From Dicyema japonicum (Eukaryota > Animalia > Dicyemida), in NCBI GenBank assembly GCA_011109175.1, contig RDEW01000015.1, positions 514,310 to 578,309 of the forward strand: 64,000 nucleotides of DNA, written 5' to 3'. Below are positions 15,070-27,420 of the stretch, one piece after another; position 1 is the first letter of the stretch, and each line of letters begins with the position of its first letter. The position numbers and the translations under genes were made by a program. The notes below the pieces were generated by a model. That model had not been told where the DNA came from and ran no database searches. It was given only the letters and a program-made list of their open reading frames with translations.

Positions 15070-15270
15070 GAGCCAGATACCATGGTGGTTAGTGCTGTCG
15101 CTCAACTAGCGATTAGCTGTGAGTTCGATTCTCACACCGCTGCCTATGCCTTAACCAAATCCTATGAGGCGTAAGTGGATCCATCTATCTCAGGAGACGC
15201 TCAATGCTTGGTTGGCATCGAAAGAGAATGTCTCTCTTCCCTACTCCATTATGACGGATATGAATGGACG
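15070..15270 (+). mobile_element. tRNA-headed SINE carrying the family B core
   Basis: A-box-like tggtggttagtg and B-box gagttcgattctc, followed by tggatccatctatctcaggagacgctcaatgcttggttggcat (family B core). Confidence 0.7.
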
Positions 15271-15589
15271 TGATGCTTGGACTGGATATGTTTCATTCCC
15301 ACCGTGGGAACTGAATATACCAGAAAAGGTTAATCAACTCAACCTTTTTTGGTATATCCGCGGTTAAGTAAATTGGAAGTTTCTCACATCTGTTCTGAAG
15401 GAGTCCTGGATCATTAATTTGGTGGTTTACTTATTTTATTGTTACAAAATCACTGTGTTAAAAAGGAATTTCCTCAGCTAAGTGAACTCGGATCGAAAAT
15501 GGAGGCCAATAATGGCAAGGAAAAATATCCTGTACTACTCTTTTCATTGAATGACCTGTGGCTAATCACCTCCTTCCTCTCAATGGTGT

Positions 15590-16720
15590 GATCTCTAGTG
15601 TTGACAACTCAGACAAATGCGAGTGGGTGATTGAAGTTGTGGAGAAGACTCCCAGTGGATATATCCCCCGAACTTATTACAAATATCAATTATTTACCAA
15701 ATTGGAAATCCTGTGGGTGTGACGGCGTATATTGTTTCTTCCTTAAAAAGCTAGTCCCACCACGATTATCCTCAAGATCGTTAATGGAAATACTCACCAG
15801 AGATGTGGTTCTGGAGTTACTTATTTATACCCCAAGAAGTCTGCTTGTGGATCGCATGATGATTTTGTCTCATCACATGTGTAACCATATAAATTAATTA
15901 CAAAATGTGTCAACTCAAAATTTACCGATTATTTGGAAGTGTTCGACATAATTTCCGACAATTAATTGGGGACGAAGAGGAAGTGTCAGGGGGCGAAGGA
16001 GCAAGCTTTAATATACTAGTGAGTAAACAGTGATTATGAAAACAAACTATTAGCTTCTTGGATTGATGTAACGATTCTGTGGACCATGGCTTTCTCTGTC
16101 ATACTTTGGACTGTTCTGGTCTCCCAATATGGATTGGAAAGGTTTGTGAAGAGCCTGATAAGCCAATTGGAAGTTATTCTAAATTTCAACAGGATTGGAA
16201 TGGTTAAATTGAACGGCGGTATATTGCAAGGAGATTCGTTGTCTACGCGGATTTTTGTGTTAGTCATGGACCCTTTAAGCAGAATTCTAAGTCTATCTCC
16301 CAAAGTAATTCATCATTGATGACGTATACTACCAATAACTTACTTTTTATTGATCACCGAAAAATATTTGCTGGGAAGGAAGATACAATGGTGAGAATGA
16401 TGAATATTTTTAGTATGGTTGGTCTTACGGGGAATTTTGAGAAGTCCATCACTAATCTGGAGTGAAGGATGTAAAATCTCTGGATGGACATGAAGGCTAT
16501 CAATATCTTGGAGTTTTAGATGATCGTGCCATAATGAAGCATGATTTTTTTAAATGAAGGCGGAAAACGTAAAGAAGAGGATCTTGAGATTAGTGCATAG
16601 ATCTATGCTCAACGAGCATACCTTGTCCCTCCATAATTACTATACAAACGGCTCGACGAGACTTTAGATGAAGACTTGTTATTAGTAGAGCGGAAATAAT
16701 AAGACATTTTAAGACAAAAA
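15590..16720 (+). mobile_element. R4/Dong-like LINE RT fragment
   Basis: LPNWKSCGCDGVY, LNGGILQGDSLS, GYQYLGV; heavily broken. Confidence 0.8.
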
Positions 16721-17269
16721 TAGGACAATTTTATTATTTTTTAAATTATTTTGTATTTTTTTAGCGTTCAACTATTAACAAAATATCACAAATACTTAAT
16801 CTGGGCTTTAAATTATTTTCGAAAATAACAAATCTAAGAAATCATTTGAGGACAATTTATATGGAAATTAACAAAATCTATCCTTTGTTAGAGAAATTAA
16901 AATTTACATGAAATATTTTTCAATATTGTTTTTATTGAAATTTTTCTGCATTACAAATTGTCCCGACAATTACAATTAATATTACTTTCCCGGTCACTTT
17001 CATCAATAATTAAATAAAAGTGTTTGTTTAAAAATATTTTTTGTAGTTCAATAATATAAATTGTAGGAACATGGTAATTTAACAGCTTTTTATACAACAA
17101 TTCCCTAATTTGTGAAATATCGGCATTTAAAAATTCTTTAACCAGTTTTCTTCGTTATCTTAAGTAATAAAAAGTTGAGCGGTCTCTATACTTTTAGCAT
17201 TCAGTCTGATGTCTTTTCCACTAAGATGTAGATCGGTGTAGTATTGTAGATGATTTTACTATCTTATTA

Positions 17270-18560
17270 TTATTATTACCCCCAGGATCACTGGATCAAA
17301 GAGAAAGAAATAAAAGTTCTCATCTAACTAAGTGATCCCAGACCGACAAAGATGAGGACGAGTCCGGCGGGGTCGAGAATCCTGAACAGCTCTTCTCATT
17401 GGACATGGCAAAAATTTCTGTATGATTGTAGATAATTCGATAGTATTTGGAATAGAGGGCAGCTCGGTAGAATAGCCTCCTTTAATAGTTTCCGTTGTAG
17501 TTCGATTAAAAAGTTTTCAATGGGTTGGATATTGTGATCTGGTCCAATTAACTTTATTGCAGTCTCCTCGATTGCAGATAATTTCAATGAGGAACATTTG
17601 CATTTGTTCCCATGAAGGACTTGCATACGTCATCGTTGGTCGGATAAATTGTTTGTAGATCGTGGCACAAACACCAGTTTGATCTCTAAGTGATTTTGAG
17701 AGCACTTTTAAAATTCTCATTTTTTTCAGAGCAGAAGTTATTTTGTTTCCAACATGCTGGATAAAGGTGAGTCCCTGATCAAAGGTTACTCCCAGAATCT
17801 TCGGTGTTTTGTTAATAGAGATAGCTTCGTTCTTCATAAAGACTTTTGGTTCGATACAGAGCTGTCTCTTGTAGGTGGTAAACAGTGTGAAAAAGGACTT
17901 TGTTGCTGATGTGTCGAGTCTCCGCTTCGAGAGCCATAGTTCCAACTTGTCTAGCAGTTGTTGAGCGGATTGAGTCGCTGATTGAATGCTTCTGTCCTTG
18001 GAGGCAAGAATGATATCGTCGGCATAGGAGAGGATTAGACAGTTTTCATTACAGGTTTGTGGCATGTCGTTTATGTAGAGATTGAAGAGTTAGAGTGATA
18101 ATGGGGATCCTTGAGGGACTCCATTTGGGAAATAGCGAGATCTTGATTTGATGTTGTTGCAGAGAACTTGTACTCGTCTTCCATTTAGAAATTTCCAAGC
18201 CAAAGTTTCAGGTTCGGATGGATGTTGGTTTCAAATATTTTCTTTGTATGGAGTGTCCTAGGGACTGAGTCGAACACTTTTGTGATGTCCACGAATATAA
18301 GTACTGTCCTCTGATGGGGTTTGAGGGAGTTAAATTCTTCCGCAATGAATTGTTGAGGGTTGTGAGCTGCGTTGTGGTCGGATGGTTACCCCGGAATCCG
18401 TGCTGGGTCGGAAGTATTGAGATTGAGTCTTTTACTTTTTCCAAAACAAGCCTTTCAAGGATCCTTGAGACCGGACTTGAATAGATATTGGGCGATAGGA
18501 AGATGGTTCATCTATTGGTTTGTTGGGGTTTCGGATAGGTCTGATTAGAGACATTCCATA
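17270..18560 (-). mobile_element. I/Jockey-group LINE (family C), RT and 3' tail
   Basis: QHGFRGNH, GVPQGSPLS, SYADDIIL, TPKILGVTFD, YKQFIRPTMTYASPSW. Sister copy at 61950-63270 with the same 3' tail. Confidence 0.85.
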
Positions 18561-18867
18561 TTTCAGGGTTGTATTTGTGTTAATGGTTAATTGTCACTGA
18601 ACCAAAGGAATTTGAGTATATAAATGTTGAATTCTTAGTGTGTTTAAGTAAATATGATCATTTGTTCTACACCCAATACGTAACATGGGACCATGATTAG
18701 ATCCTTTGGGTTCACGTAATTAGTTACTTTGGTTTCACATTGGTCTTTGGAAATTTTCATTTTATTGAGATCACTATTAAATAACGGTTCTACGCCCCAC
18801 TGTAAATTTTATAGACGCCTCTATCACTCCATATGACAAAATACCCTTTCCTCCTCGGATCTTCTAA

Positions 18868-18900
18868 CAGTGTTTCTCAACCTTTTTTTCGTATCGCCCT
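18868..18900 (+). mobile_element. Isolated hAT-type terminal inverted repeat
   Basis: cagtgtttctcaacc resembles Charlie/Buster ends; no partner end found. Confidence 0.4.
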
Positions 18901-18984
18901 ATGGAAAAAAATTTTCGCCTTCATAATAACTATAGATAGTAATGCTAATAATAGAATCTTCAAAATAACGAATAAATTAACTAA

Positions 18985-21900
18985 TTAATTAATTAAGCGT
19001 ATTTTGATCCAGATTGTTGCGTAATCCTCTTCTTTCTCTAGAAGAAGAGTGTGCCATAACCTCCCTGTTACTCCGCATCTCCACATCATATTCAGTCAAA
19101 ATATCTCCGTTAGAGTCCAGTGGGTGTCTTCACGGCATGCCAGTTCACAGTTGGGAGGTAGCAGAGGCGTACTCTTCATCGTATACCTTCATCCATGCTT
19201 ATGTTCAATGAGCATACTTTCGAGCGTTCTCTCAGTACAACCGATTGGATGTAAGTCCTCGTTGATTCTTCAATAGATAATTTACCATATGATTCTTGAA
19301 CCATCTTGAGACAGCTCCATCCCATGTCAAAACCACTGGAATAATCATCACTTGGCATTTATAGAGCAGGGAAAGTTCGTTTGCAAGCAAGTCATATTTG
19401 TGAAGTTTCTCAACGTCAACTTGCTTGTCGTCTTGTGAGGTAATTCCCACTTCAATTAACGTTACTTCCTTCCTTATTTTGTCATATACACGAAAATATC
19501 AGGTTTATTGTATTGGAACTTTTGTTTCTGTCAAAATCGACGTGTCAACTCTAATTTCGACATTTTGATTCGTCAATATTGACTGAACCGAATGTCCTTT
19601 CAATTTCCTGCTTCTTTTGATTCCATAAATTCGACAAAGATGAAGATGGATGCACTTTACCACTTCATTATGTCTTCGGAGATAATCACTATTTAGCATT
19701 TTTCCACACTGAGTGGCCAAATGATCAACAGTTTTCTTGCTTTTTTTACAATGGTTGCATAATGACCCCGTGTGTGCAAAAAACAAATTCCTATCTTGCA
19801 AAAGACATACAATGCTTCGCTCCGTGGGCCGTTATTTCCTTTGGATAACCATTCTGAGGAAGTATATAGGTCGACATTTGTTTCATCAATACATTTGAAC
19901 ATAATTGAGTGTAGTGTTCTGCAATAAATTTTATTTATAAATATTTTTTCTGAGTGTCCTTGAGGGACTTAATATCCATGCTTTCCCTGTCGGCAATTGC
20001 ATATTTAGAGGCAAGAAATCCTGCGATTGTAGCCAAGTGCCATTTTTTTGTTTTTATTACTCGCAGAATCCCCGACCTTCGCAAACACACAGTCGATTGT
20101 TTTTCCAAACTTTTAAAAAACTGGAAAAGTATTAATTCGCTCTTTAATGAAATCGAGGAAAGTCCTCTTCCAAAAGTCTTCCTGTCCAAATACAGCCTCT
20201 CTTTATTTGCAGGTTTGAGGTGCAACTTGAGTGACGTAAGCAGTTGCCGTATTTGTTGGTCAATATCATCAAATTCGTATGGTTCAATATTAATTAATCC
20301 TATATAATAGTTATATAGGGACATTGCGTATTCATTTATTGCGCGAAATAAGTTCACAGAATTTAACTTTGTTTTTGAAAGCATGGTTATTCTCTTCTTA
20401 ACATTTTCAAGTATGGACTCCATAACTTTGCTTTTAAGAACATTACTTCCCTCATCTTCAAAAACACCCAAATATCGATATCCACTGACTCCTTCCAGAT
20501 TCTCACAACATGATAACGATTTAACATTAGACAGTGACTTTTCCGAATTCATCTCCAAGCCGGCAACATGAAAGAAATCGCGAACAACTTCCATCATTTT
20601 AATAACAGTATCTTCTTTTAGCCCAAATATCTTTAGGTCATCAATGAATAACAAATGATTTGTAGAATAAGTCAGTGTATTAGGATCCTCCTGATTAATT
20701 TGGAGTCTTGGGAACATAAAGTTAAGGGTCCTGCTCAAGGGTTCCATTACCATAACAAATAGTTGAGGGGATAATGAATCTCCTTGCAAAATTCCCCGTC
20801 CCAGTTTTACAGAACCAATTCTTCTTCCATCTAAGTGGAGATTTACAGTCCACTTCTTGACTATGGTCTTTACAAAGTTTACAATCCAACGGGGTATTCC
20901 TGAGCAGTCCAATACATGAAATAAAAATTCATGGTCAACAGAATCAAAGGCCTTCTTCACATCCACCCAAGCAGAATAAAGGGCGTTTCCATACTCCTTA
21001 TTTAAGCATTGATTAATAAGGGCCTGTTCCTTAGCGCCCTGACAATGTTTCCTCGTTCCCAGCTGATTGTCAGATAATAGCCCAAACGAATCCACAAAAT
21101 CTGAGAGTTTGGAATTAACACATTTGGTAATAAGTTTATATAAAGTTGGCATACACGTGATAGGACGTAAGTCATTAGGAGTCTCACAATCATCCTTTTT
21201 AGGAATTAAATAGGTTATTCCAGTATAAAACCAACTTTCAGGCATATATTCCCCATTAATAATTCGGTTAATCTCAGTACATAAAAAGCCATGTAAAGAT
21301 TCCATTTTCTTAATAAAGAAGTTATATGAGCCATCGCATCCACACGCCTTCCAATCAGGGAGCCATTTAATAACATCCAGGATAAACTCATTTGTGAACT
21401 CTGGCAACATGCCTTCAATACCAGTATTTACTTTACCCACACTGTCATATGGCACGTTCATCTTTTTTCTTTTAGACCACACTTTTTCCCAAAACGACAT
21501 ACAATCCTCATCATCGAAACCATATAACGTTACTTCATTGCTTGCTGATAGGTTCCGATAAAATCTTCTTCGATTTAATTCAAAACAACAGTTGTCCTTG
21601 CGAAAGTCCTTCCTCGCATGATGTACAGCTATTTGCTTTTTCTTAATTCTGACAAGGTCACATAGTAGAGCCTCAATCCTGGCAACCTCCCCCTTTTTGG
21701 CCCTTTTGTATCCATAGGCACAAAGAACATCCATAACCTTTTGTTTTTCATACACAGGGAGAGCTTGTCTGGAAAAGCTATTGACAAGTTCTAGTTCTGC
21801 CATCAGCTTTGAGATTTTCTTTTCAGTGTTCTCCAACCACGTACTTTGCGGTTTAACCTTCGCAGTTAAAGTCATATAAGCACACTGTGCAGCATATAGA

Positions 21901-22560
21901 ATATCAGTAATTTGATTGATATCTTGAGGCGGATTATCTTTCGTAATATAATATATTGCAGAATTTAGTCCCGACAAAACATTAACTCTGACATACTTTC
22001 TCTGAATTTTGGGTGTTGGTTTTCGAGTATCCCTCGGAATTGACTTAATTTTCTCAATTTGTACTTTTAGTTCCTCAAGGCAATTTCTGAAGGTGGAAAT
22101 TTCCACATTAGTATTATTTTGCACTTTGAAACATTCGCCTCCTTTTACATTGTTATTCCGATTTTCAGGTTTCAGCATCTTTTTTAGTTGACATAGACTG
22201 GAACTCTTGGAGTACTTTTCATTGAACTTTTTGAGTACGAGGTTCCAGCCACCTCTAGGTATCCTTCCAAATCTTTGTTTCGTGGCAAGAAAAATCTGAG
22301 ATACCCACTCAGCTTCAGAGACACAGTCGACCTCTTCAATAATGGCAGATAATGAATGCAAGTTGGTTTTGGCACCAATATTCCCAGCGATGTTGATATT
22401 AGTTCTTGTGACATTATCCAGCCCCACAGACGACGGTCCTGCTTCTACTAAACTATCTTCTTTATTTGATTTTGCAGGAAGGCCCATAGGATTCGATTTC
22501 TCGGTATGATTAGAAACGGACATGTCAACACCACAACAACTACACGTTTTTTATAGTAAT
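18985..22560 (-). mobile_element. Near full-length R4/Dong-like RLE LINE
   Basis: 862-aa ORF 22523-19935 with a complete RT (RPITCMPTLYK, VDVKKAFDSVDH, GRGILQGDSLSP, LFIDDLK, YRYLGV), followed through small indels by a CCHC motif (CNHC…TVDHLATQC…RRHNEVV) and the RLE domain (KPDI…IEVGITS…KYDLL). The 3' end abuts ttaattaattaattag. Confidence 0.93.
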
Positions 22561-22594
22561 GCTATAATTAATTAGTATTTTTATTAAAAAATAG

Positions 22595-22650
22595 TGTGAC
22601 CCTTGACCTTGTGACCCTGAAAATAATGTGACCCTTGAATAATGTGACCC
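22595..22650 (+). repeat. Short tandem tgtgaccc(ttga) repeats
   Basis: Four imperfect copies of tgtgaccc. Confidence 0.7.
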
Positions 22651-22825
22651 GTGAAGGTTTACCAGATGCTCTATATTTGGGGTTCTTTTAGTAAGAGCTA
22701 CTCTGATATAAATAAGTCAATAAATTTATCCAAACAATTTCCTTGTGATAGCCATCTGATTTCTGTTTGTAGAAGCAAACAAAGAAATCTTCTTGATAAA
22801 TGCAATATTCATGGAACATACGACC

Positions 22826-23104
22826 GCTGGCTGACGTAGTGGTTAGGTGTCGGGCTAAAGTGACTTATGTTACGGGTTCGATTCTCGCTGCTGTTCACCT
22901 GGTGGAAGGTTCCACGCATCTACGATGCCAAAAGGGTTTGATGAGTGACGCCGTCATCAGTGAATACTCACTGCGGAACTGGATTGTATAGAAAGGACCC
23001 ACACACAGAAAAAGAAGTGAAGATCATTCCTTGGTTCTACGATTAGTTAAAATTAACTGTTCTTTACTTAAATAAAGTGTGTGTCCTGCCTATGCGGAGC
23101 TATA
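22826..23104 (+). mobile_element. tRNA-derived SINE family A (best copy)
   Basis: A box tgacgtagtgg, B box ggttcgattct, conserved core, and tail …ttaactgttcttt…aaataaagtgtgtgtcctgcct…gcggag.tata shared with 42040-42312. Confidence 0.85.
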
Positions 23105-23829
23105 AATATTATGGCTCTCGTGAAAAGGCTGTTATTGTACGACCGCATTTGCTATTTTGTTTAATTTTGTTAATTATTCGTATAAAAGATATTCATAGAT
23201 TCATGCAGTTCAAAAAATAAATTTTTCTCGACCAAATTGTGCCTGTGCAAAATGAACTAATACCGAACAGGGCCATTGTACCTCACATATGCCATTAAAA
23301 CAGATTGATATCAAATACAACTGATTCATCAAGTTGTACTGAAAATTTTGTTTTTAGAGATTAATAATTAAAGAATTTTCAAGATCTTCTTCGCATTGTT
23401 TAATGGAATATTTTTAGTAATTCGGAAGATTCCCTCTGCAGAATATGTTTGATGAACAATTCTACACAGGGAAGTACAACTCTCTCAATGGAATGAGGAT
23501 TACCTATATAAATTAAAATAAGAAAATTTCTGCAACTTTATATGGATGCAGAAACCCTGAACAGTTTGAGGACTTGTAGATATTTATTAATGAAGCTAGC
23601 TATAGTTTATAGTTCTAAAGGATTCAATATTTTTTCTTAGTGAGTGAGGATGCTTTCGTTTTGCGTGTTCTTATAATAAGCGAGATGGCTTCATCACCTC
23701 GTTAGAAGAATCCGTACAACATTGCAAATACAAGGGTTTAAGTGGATCCTTTGGATTTTGAATAAAACCATGAGATAAATAGTTCTCAAATATTCTCTTA
23801 TTTTTTTAAAAGGTCCATCAAAAGTTTAT

Positions 23830-24145
23830 TTATTTATTAACCACGGATACACCGAGAAAGAAGTTAAAGTAACAACTAATTAAGTGTGTCCAGTTTCCAC
23901 TTCTACAGAAACAGAGTCCATCCGGAATCAACATAATGGGTAAGACATCCATACTTGCAGTTGTGGAAACCCCTCCAGTGGAGTGTGGGAGAGCAAATGA
24001 ACCTTTTTCGGGCCGGGCTGGCACTGGGCTCCACCTAGATCACATGGCGCCACTCTAATAGGAAGAGAGAGGAGAAACAGACAAACAAACAGAAACTTCT
24101 ACCAATTAGCCAGGAAGCACCACATGACATCACGCGGCTAACATC
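23830..24145 (-). mobile_element. SINE-like element with a family B-type head and a different body
   Basis: Reverse strand starts agccgcgtgatgtcatgtggtgc…ggctaatt (same head as 34556, 54650, 60320) and ends cacttaattagtt…ctttctcgg…aataaataaa. Confidence 0.5.
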
Positions 24146-24339
24146 ATAATTTTTAATCGTTGCACGCCTGTTATTTAAATTATTTAAAAATTGCATTTAA
24201 AATAAATTTATTTGAAAATATATCATAATTAAAATCCATAATTAAAAATCGCCCTTCTTTGAGAAACACAGTTCCAACAAATTAAATGAGTCATCGGATA
24301 AACGTTATGGGATTGTTCATTTTGAGACAGCGTAGGAGG

Positions 24340-24640
24340 ATTACTGTAAGCTTATTTAGGAAGAAAACAATAATCAATAAACTAAAGCTAAATATTCATT
24401 TATCCACAAGTCACCTATAGGAATAATTATTTCCCAGTGATTTTATCTGCCTCACATACAAACATCCCGCCTTCGACTTACTCTCCATTGTATTTGTTTC
24501 TGCAGGAACGCTCTGGGAAACGCTTCTTTCTATGCAAAAAAGCATGCACAACAATGTTTAGTGTTTGTCTACGCGTGGGATAAGTGAATATTTAGCCTTA
24601 GTTTACTTTTATCGTGGGTTCTCCAGTTTCTTAATTTACA
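24340..24640. repeat. Inverted-repeat element (MITE-like)
   Basis: 24377-24407 ataaactaaagctaaatattcatttatccac is the near-perfect reverse complement of 24575-24606. Confidence 0.6.
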
Positions 24641-26044
24641 AGTAGCATTTCGAGTCTTATGGAATAACTTCTATCTGATTTCACATATCCAAGACCCTAC
24701 AATCTTAGGGGTTCCTTTAGTACATCTGTTTGTATGCGAGTATGACTATTTCTATCCTCACTAATTATTCCAATCCAGTTTGATTCTTTTTGTGAGACTG
24801 AAGAGTGAGATAATTCGTCGATAAGAACGAACAATTAAGATGGAATGAACTCATGATAATTTGTTCTCCCATTTCAAATGCTAATGAAAACTAGAAATTT
24901 CACAATTTTCATTTTAGCAACGTGGAATCATATTGACTTCACCCATACGCGTAGCCTCTGGTCAGTGATCCTCCAACTGCTTCTACGAGATTCTAACCCG
25001 TCCTTTTGTCAGAATTTTCCAAAGTCTTCCGAGTCCGTCAGCTCGTTCATGCAGAAGAGTAAAGGCAAATGATGTCATCAATCGTGAGCAAAGTAGACAA
25101 TTTTAATACAGACCACCTCAACCTTTCTACCAATTAATTACTCATCCAAATGGTCACATTGGAATGACTATTGTAATTAAATTGATTTCCCAACAATTAA
25201 TGTCAGTCAAATCATCAATTTACTAAAATCAATACCTATTTTTAGAATGAGGCAATTAAATGAGCACCTGTCGTGTTCCACATTCAGAAAAGGCTTTAAT
25301 TTGGTGACAGTTCGAATAGAAAACAGTCTATAAGAAATTTTTGTAAGGCAAATCAATTTGAATTGAAATATATGAATTTTAGGTAAAAAACTAAATTTGA
25401 ATTAAATTATACTAAAATCACGTAATTATTGTCGAATAATAATTTTAATCATAATTTCATAAAAATAAGCAAAAAATAATTAGAAATAATCATAATTACA
25501 ACAAATGGACCATAAATCATAACAAATTCGGCAATAAACCCTAAAATCGAATAATGACAGAAACCACTGAAAGCTCACAACTTGACAATCGAGAGATGAT
25601 GCTTAAAGGATAATGGGACTCTTAATTTAGAATTCAAGTCCCCCTATCGGATATTTTTAATTATCGTCAGCAATTAAATTTAATTTCAGTAAACTTGTAA
25701 GAGAAATAAGATACAAATATTCCTCTTGGTGAATCTCAAAGTACTCCAATCGAATGGAAACACCCTTTACTATTGATTCCTTAGCAACGGTAAGGTAATC
25801 AACATAAGCAAAAGTACCTTTACTATTGATTCTCTTAACAAGGTAAAGACTAATTCCTAAAGCACATATAAAATCACTATTAATAAGGCAAGAGTATAAT
25901 GTTAAGGTTCGACTGGCCAATGCCGCATAACCTAAAATAGTCAAAGATAATCAAATAGGAAAACAAATACAAGTTATTTAAAACAAAAATAGTCAAATAT
26001 AACTATTCTGAATATAAACATTTATTTAACAAACAATAATGTAA

Positions 26045-27059
26045 CTATTCAACGAAGCATGACCTTTTCTACAAATAATCACACAGACTAACCGGTTTAC
26101 TTGCTAAGGCTGGATCCCAATGCACCAAATTGTGCCCATCAGAGGAATCCTTCTCCTTATAAATCTCATGGCCCATTGCTGATAGTCCGGGCAATTCGGG
26201 CTTAACAACATTCATAACAAAGCTGATGGCCTTCAACAGCTGGGACTGTTCATACATCACACTGTTATGGTCAATCTCATATTCCGGGGTCACTTTCCTC
26301 ATGAGGACAACAAAAACAGCACACGTCAGAACGGAACGGCGGAATTTGACTGAACCCCCATCCAGTAGCACATGGACCAACATCTTTGATCCTTGGACGA
26401 ATTTATACTCCGAAAAATCAGGGATATTCAAATCATTTGAAAAATAAGACTGCAGCAACAGTTTTAACCAAAGAATGGGGGTGGGAATCGAGATGTACCA
26501 GTTTAGGGAGACCAAAATCCTGATCTCCATTCTCACTATATCCCCAGGACCGAACGTGTTAGCTGTCATCTCAGCGTACTCATCGATCGAACAAAACTCC
26601 ACAGACTCGAATTTTGCGGACACAAACAAAGCTGATATTCCAACGAGTTGTAGTTGGTCGCTCTTCAAGCCAGCTGCATCATCGTTGGAAAGAAAACGGT
26701 CTACAATGTCGATAGAGAGAAAAAAGACCTCCCGATCCAGTTTCATCATATCACATACCTAAATAAGTTTATAAAGTAACTTCAACGAGCCATTTTAAAA
26801 GCTTGATGCGCATTGAATCAGTTATACTGGTGGCCTTTCTCACAAGTTTTGAAGGGGTAAAATAATCCTTTTCTGATTCGAGCCAGGAAGGGGAAAATTT
26901 CGTAAAGTTTGACTTTAACTGTCGCTTTGTAGCTTTGATGCCTCTTTTTTGAGGATAAATGTTTTCTTTATCCTCATAAATGCTTGGAAGATGATCATTC
27001 GGCTTCAAACGAGAAACATAAGACTCTGAATTTGAATCTCGAAGTCGTAGAGGTGACAT
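26045..27059 (-). CDS. A/B-type cyclin (about 322 aa)
   Basis: Cyclin box MRIKLLKWLVEV…FLSIDIVDRFL…LQLVGISALFVSAKFE; KEN box (DKENI). Introns 26759-26780 (22 nt) and 26069-26092 (24 nt). Confidence 0.9.
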
Positions 27060-27305
27060 TTTATGCCTTAGAATAATATTTACGATGACTTACATCTTAT
27101 AGTTTACTACTGGAATTCTCAAAATAAAAAATGTACCACAAGGATACTCATTGATTTACGTAATTTAACGCGCTTAAATTAAATTGGTTTACCAGCTGAT
27201 ATTATTAATTTTTTAATTATTATATATAATAATTTAATTATGCTCATAAGAATGTATTTGGCGAAAGTCTATAGCTTAAATTTATATGTGTTAAATTAAT
27301 TCGGG

Positions 27306-27420
27306 TATAGGGTAGAGCGACATTCTCCTGTCGGAGTAGTCGACAAAATGGCGGTGAATTTCTGTCAAAACCACCTAGTCCACTTTGTCAAACATCTATC
27401 CCTATCGATTTCCTGACACC
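27306..27420. repeat. Nested inverted repeat / hairpin element
   Basis: atagggtaga…tctatccctat, gacaaaatgg…ccactttgtc and ggtg…cacc pair concentrically. Confidence 0.45.

Noticed and set aside
19935-22523. Whole window as microsporidian DNA or contamination
   Set aside because: The flanking genes are animal-type and include cilia-associated genes (TBC1D31, DZANK1-like), which microsporidia lack.
22826-22895. tRNA genes at 22826, 15070, 42040 and 42555
   Set aside because: A/B boxes and T-arm-like hairpins are present, but acceptor and anticodon stems do not pair and each runs into a repeated SINE core.
25657-25944. 95-aa ORF as a host gene
   Set aside because: No recognisable domain; FAYVD resembles a decayed RT YxDD motif, so it is more likely TE debris, but support is too weak to annotate.
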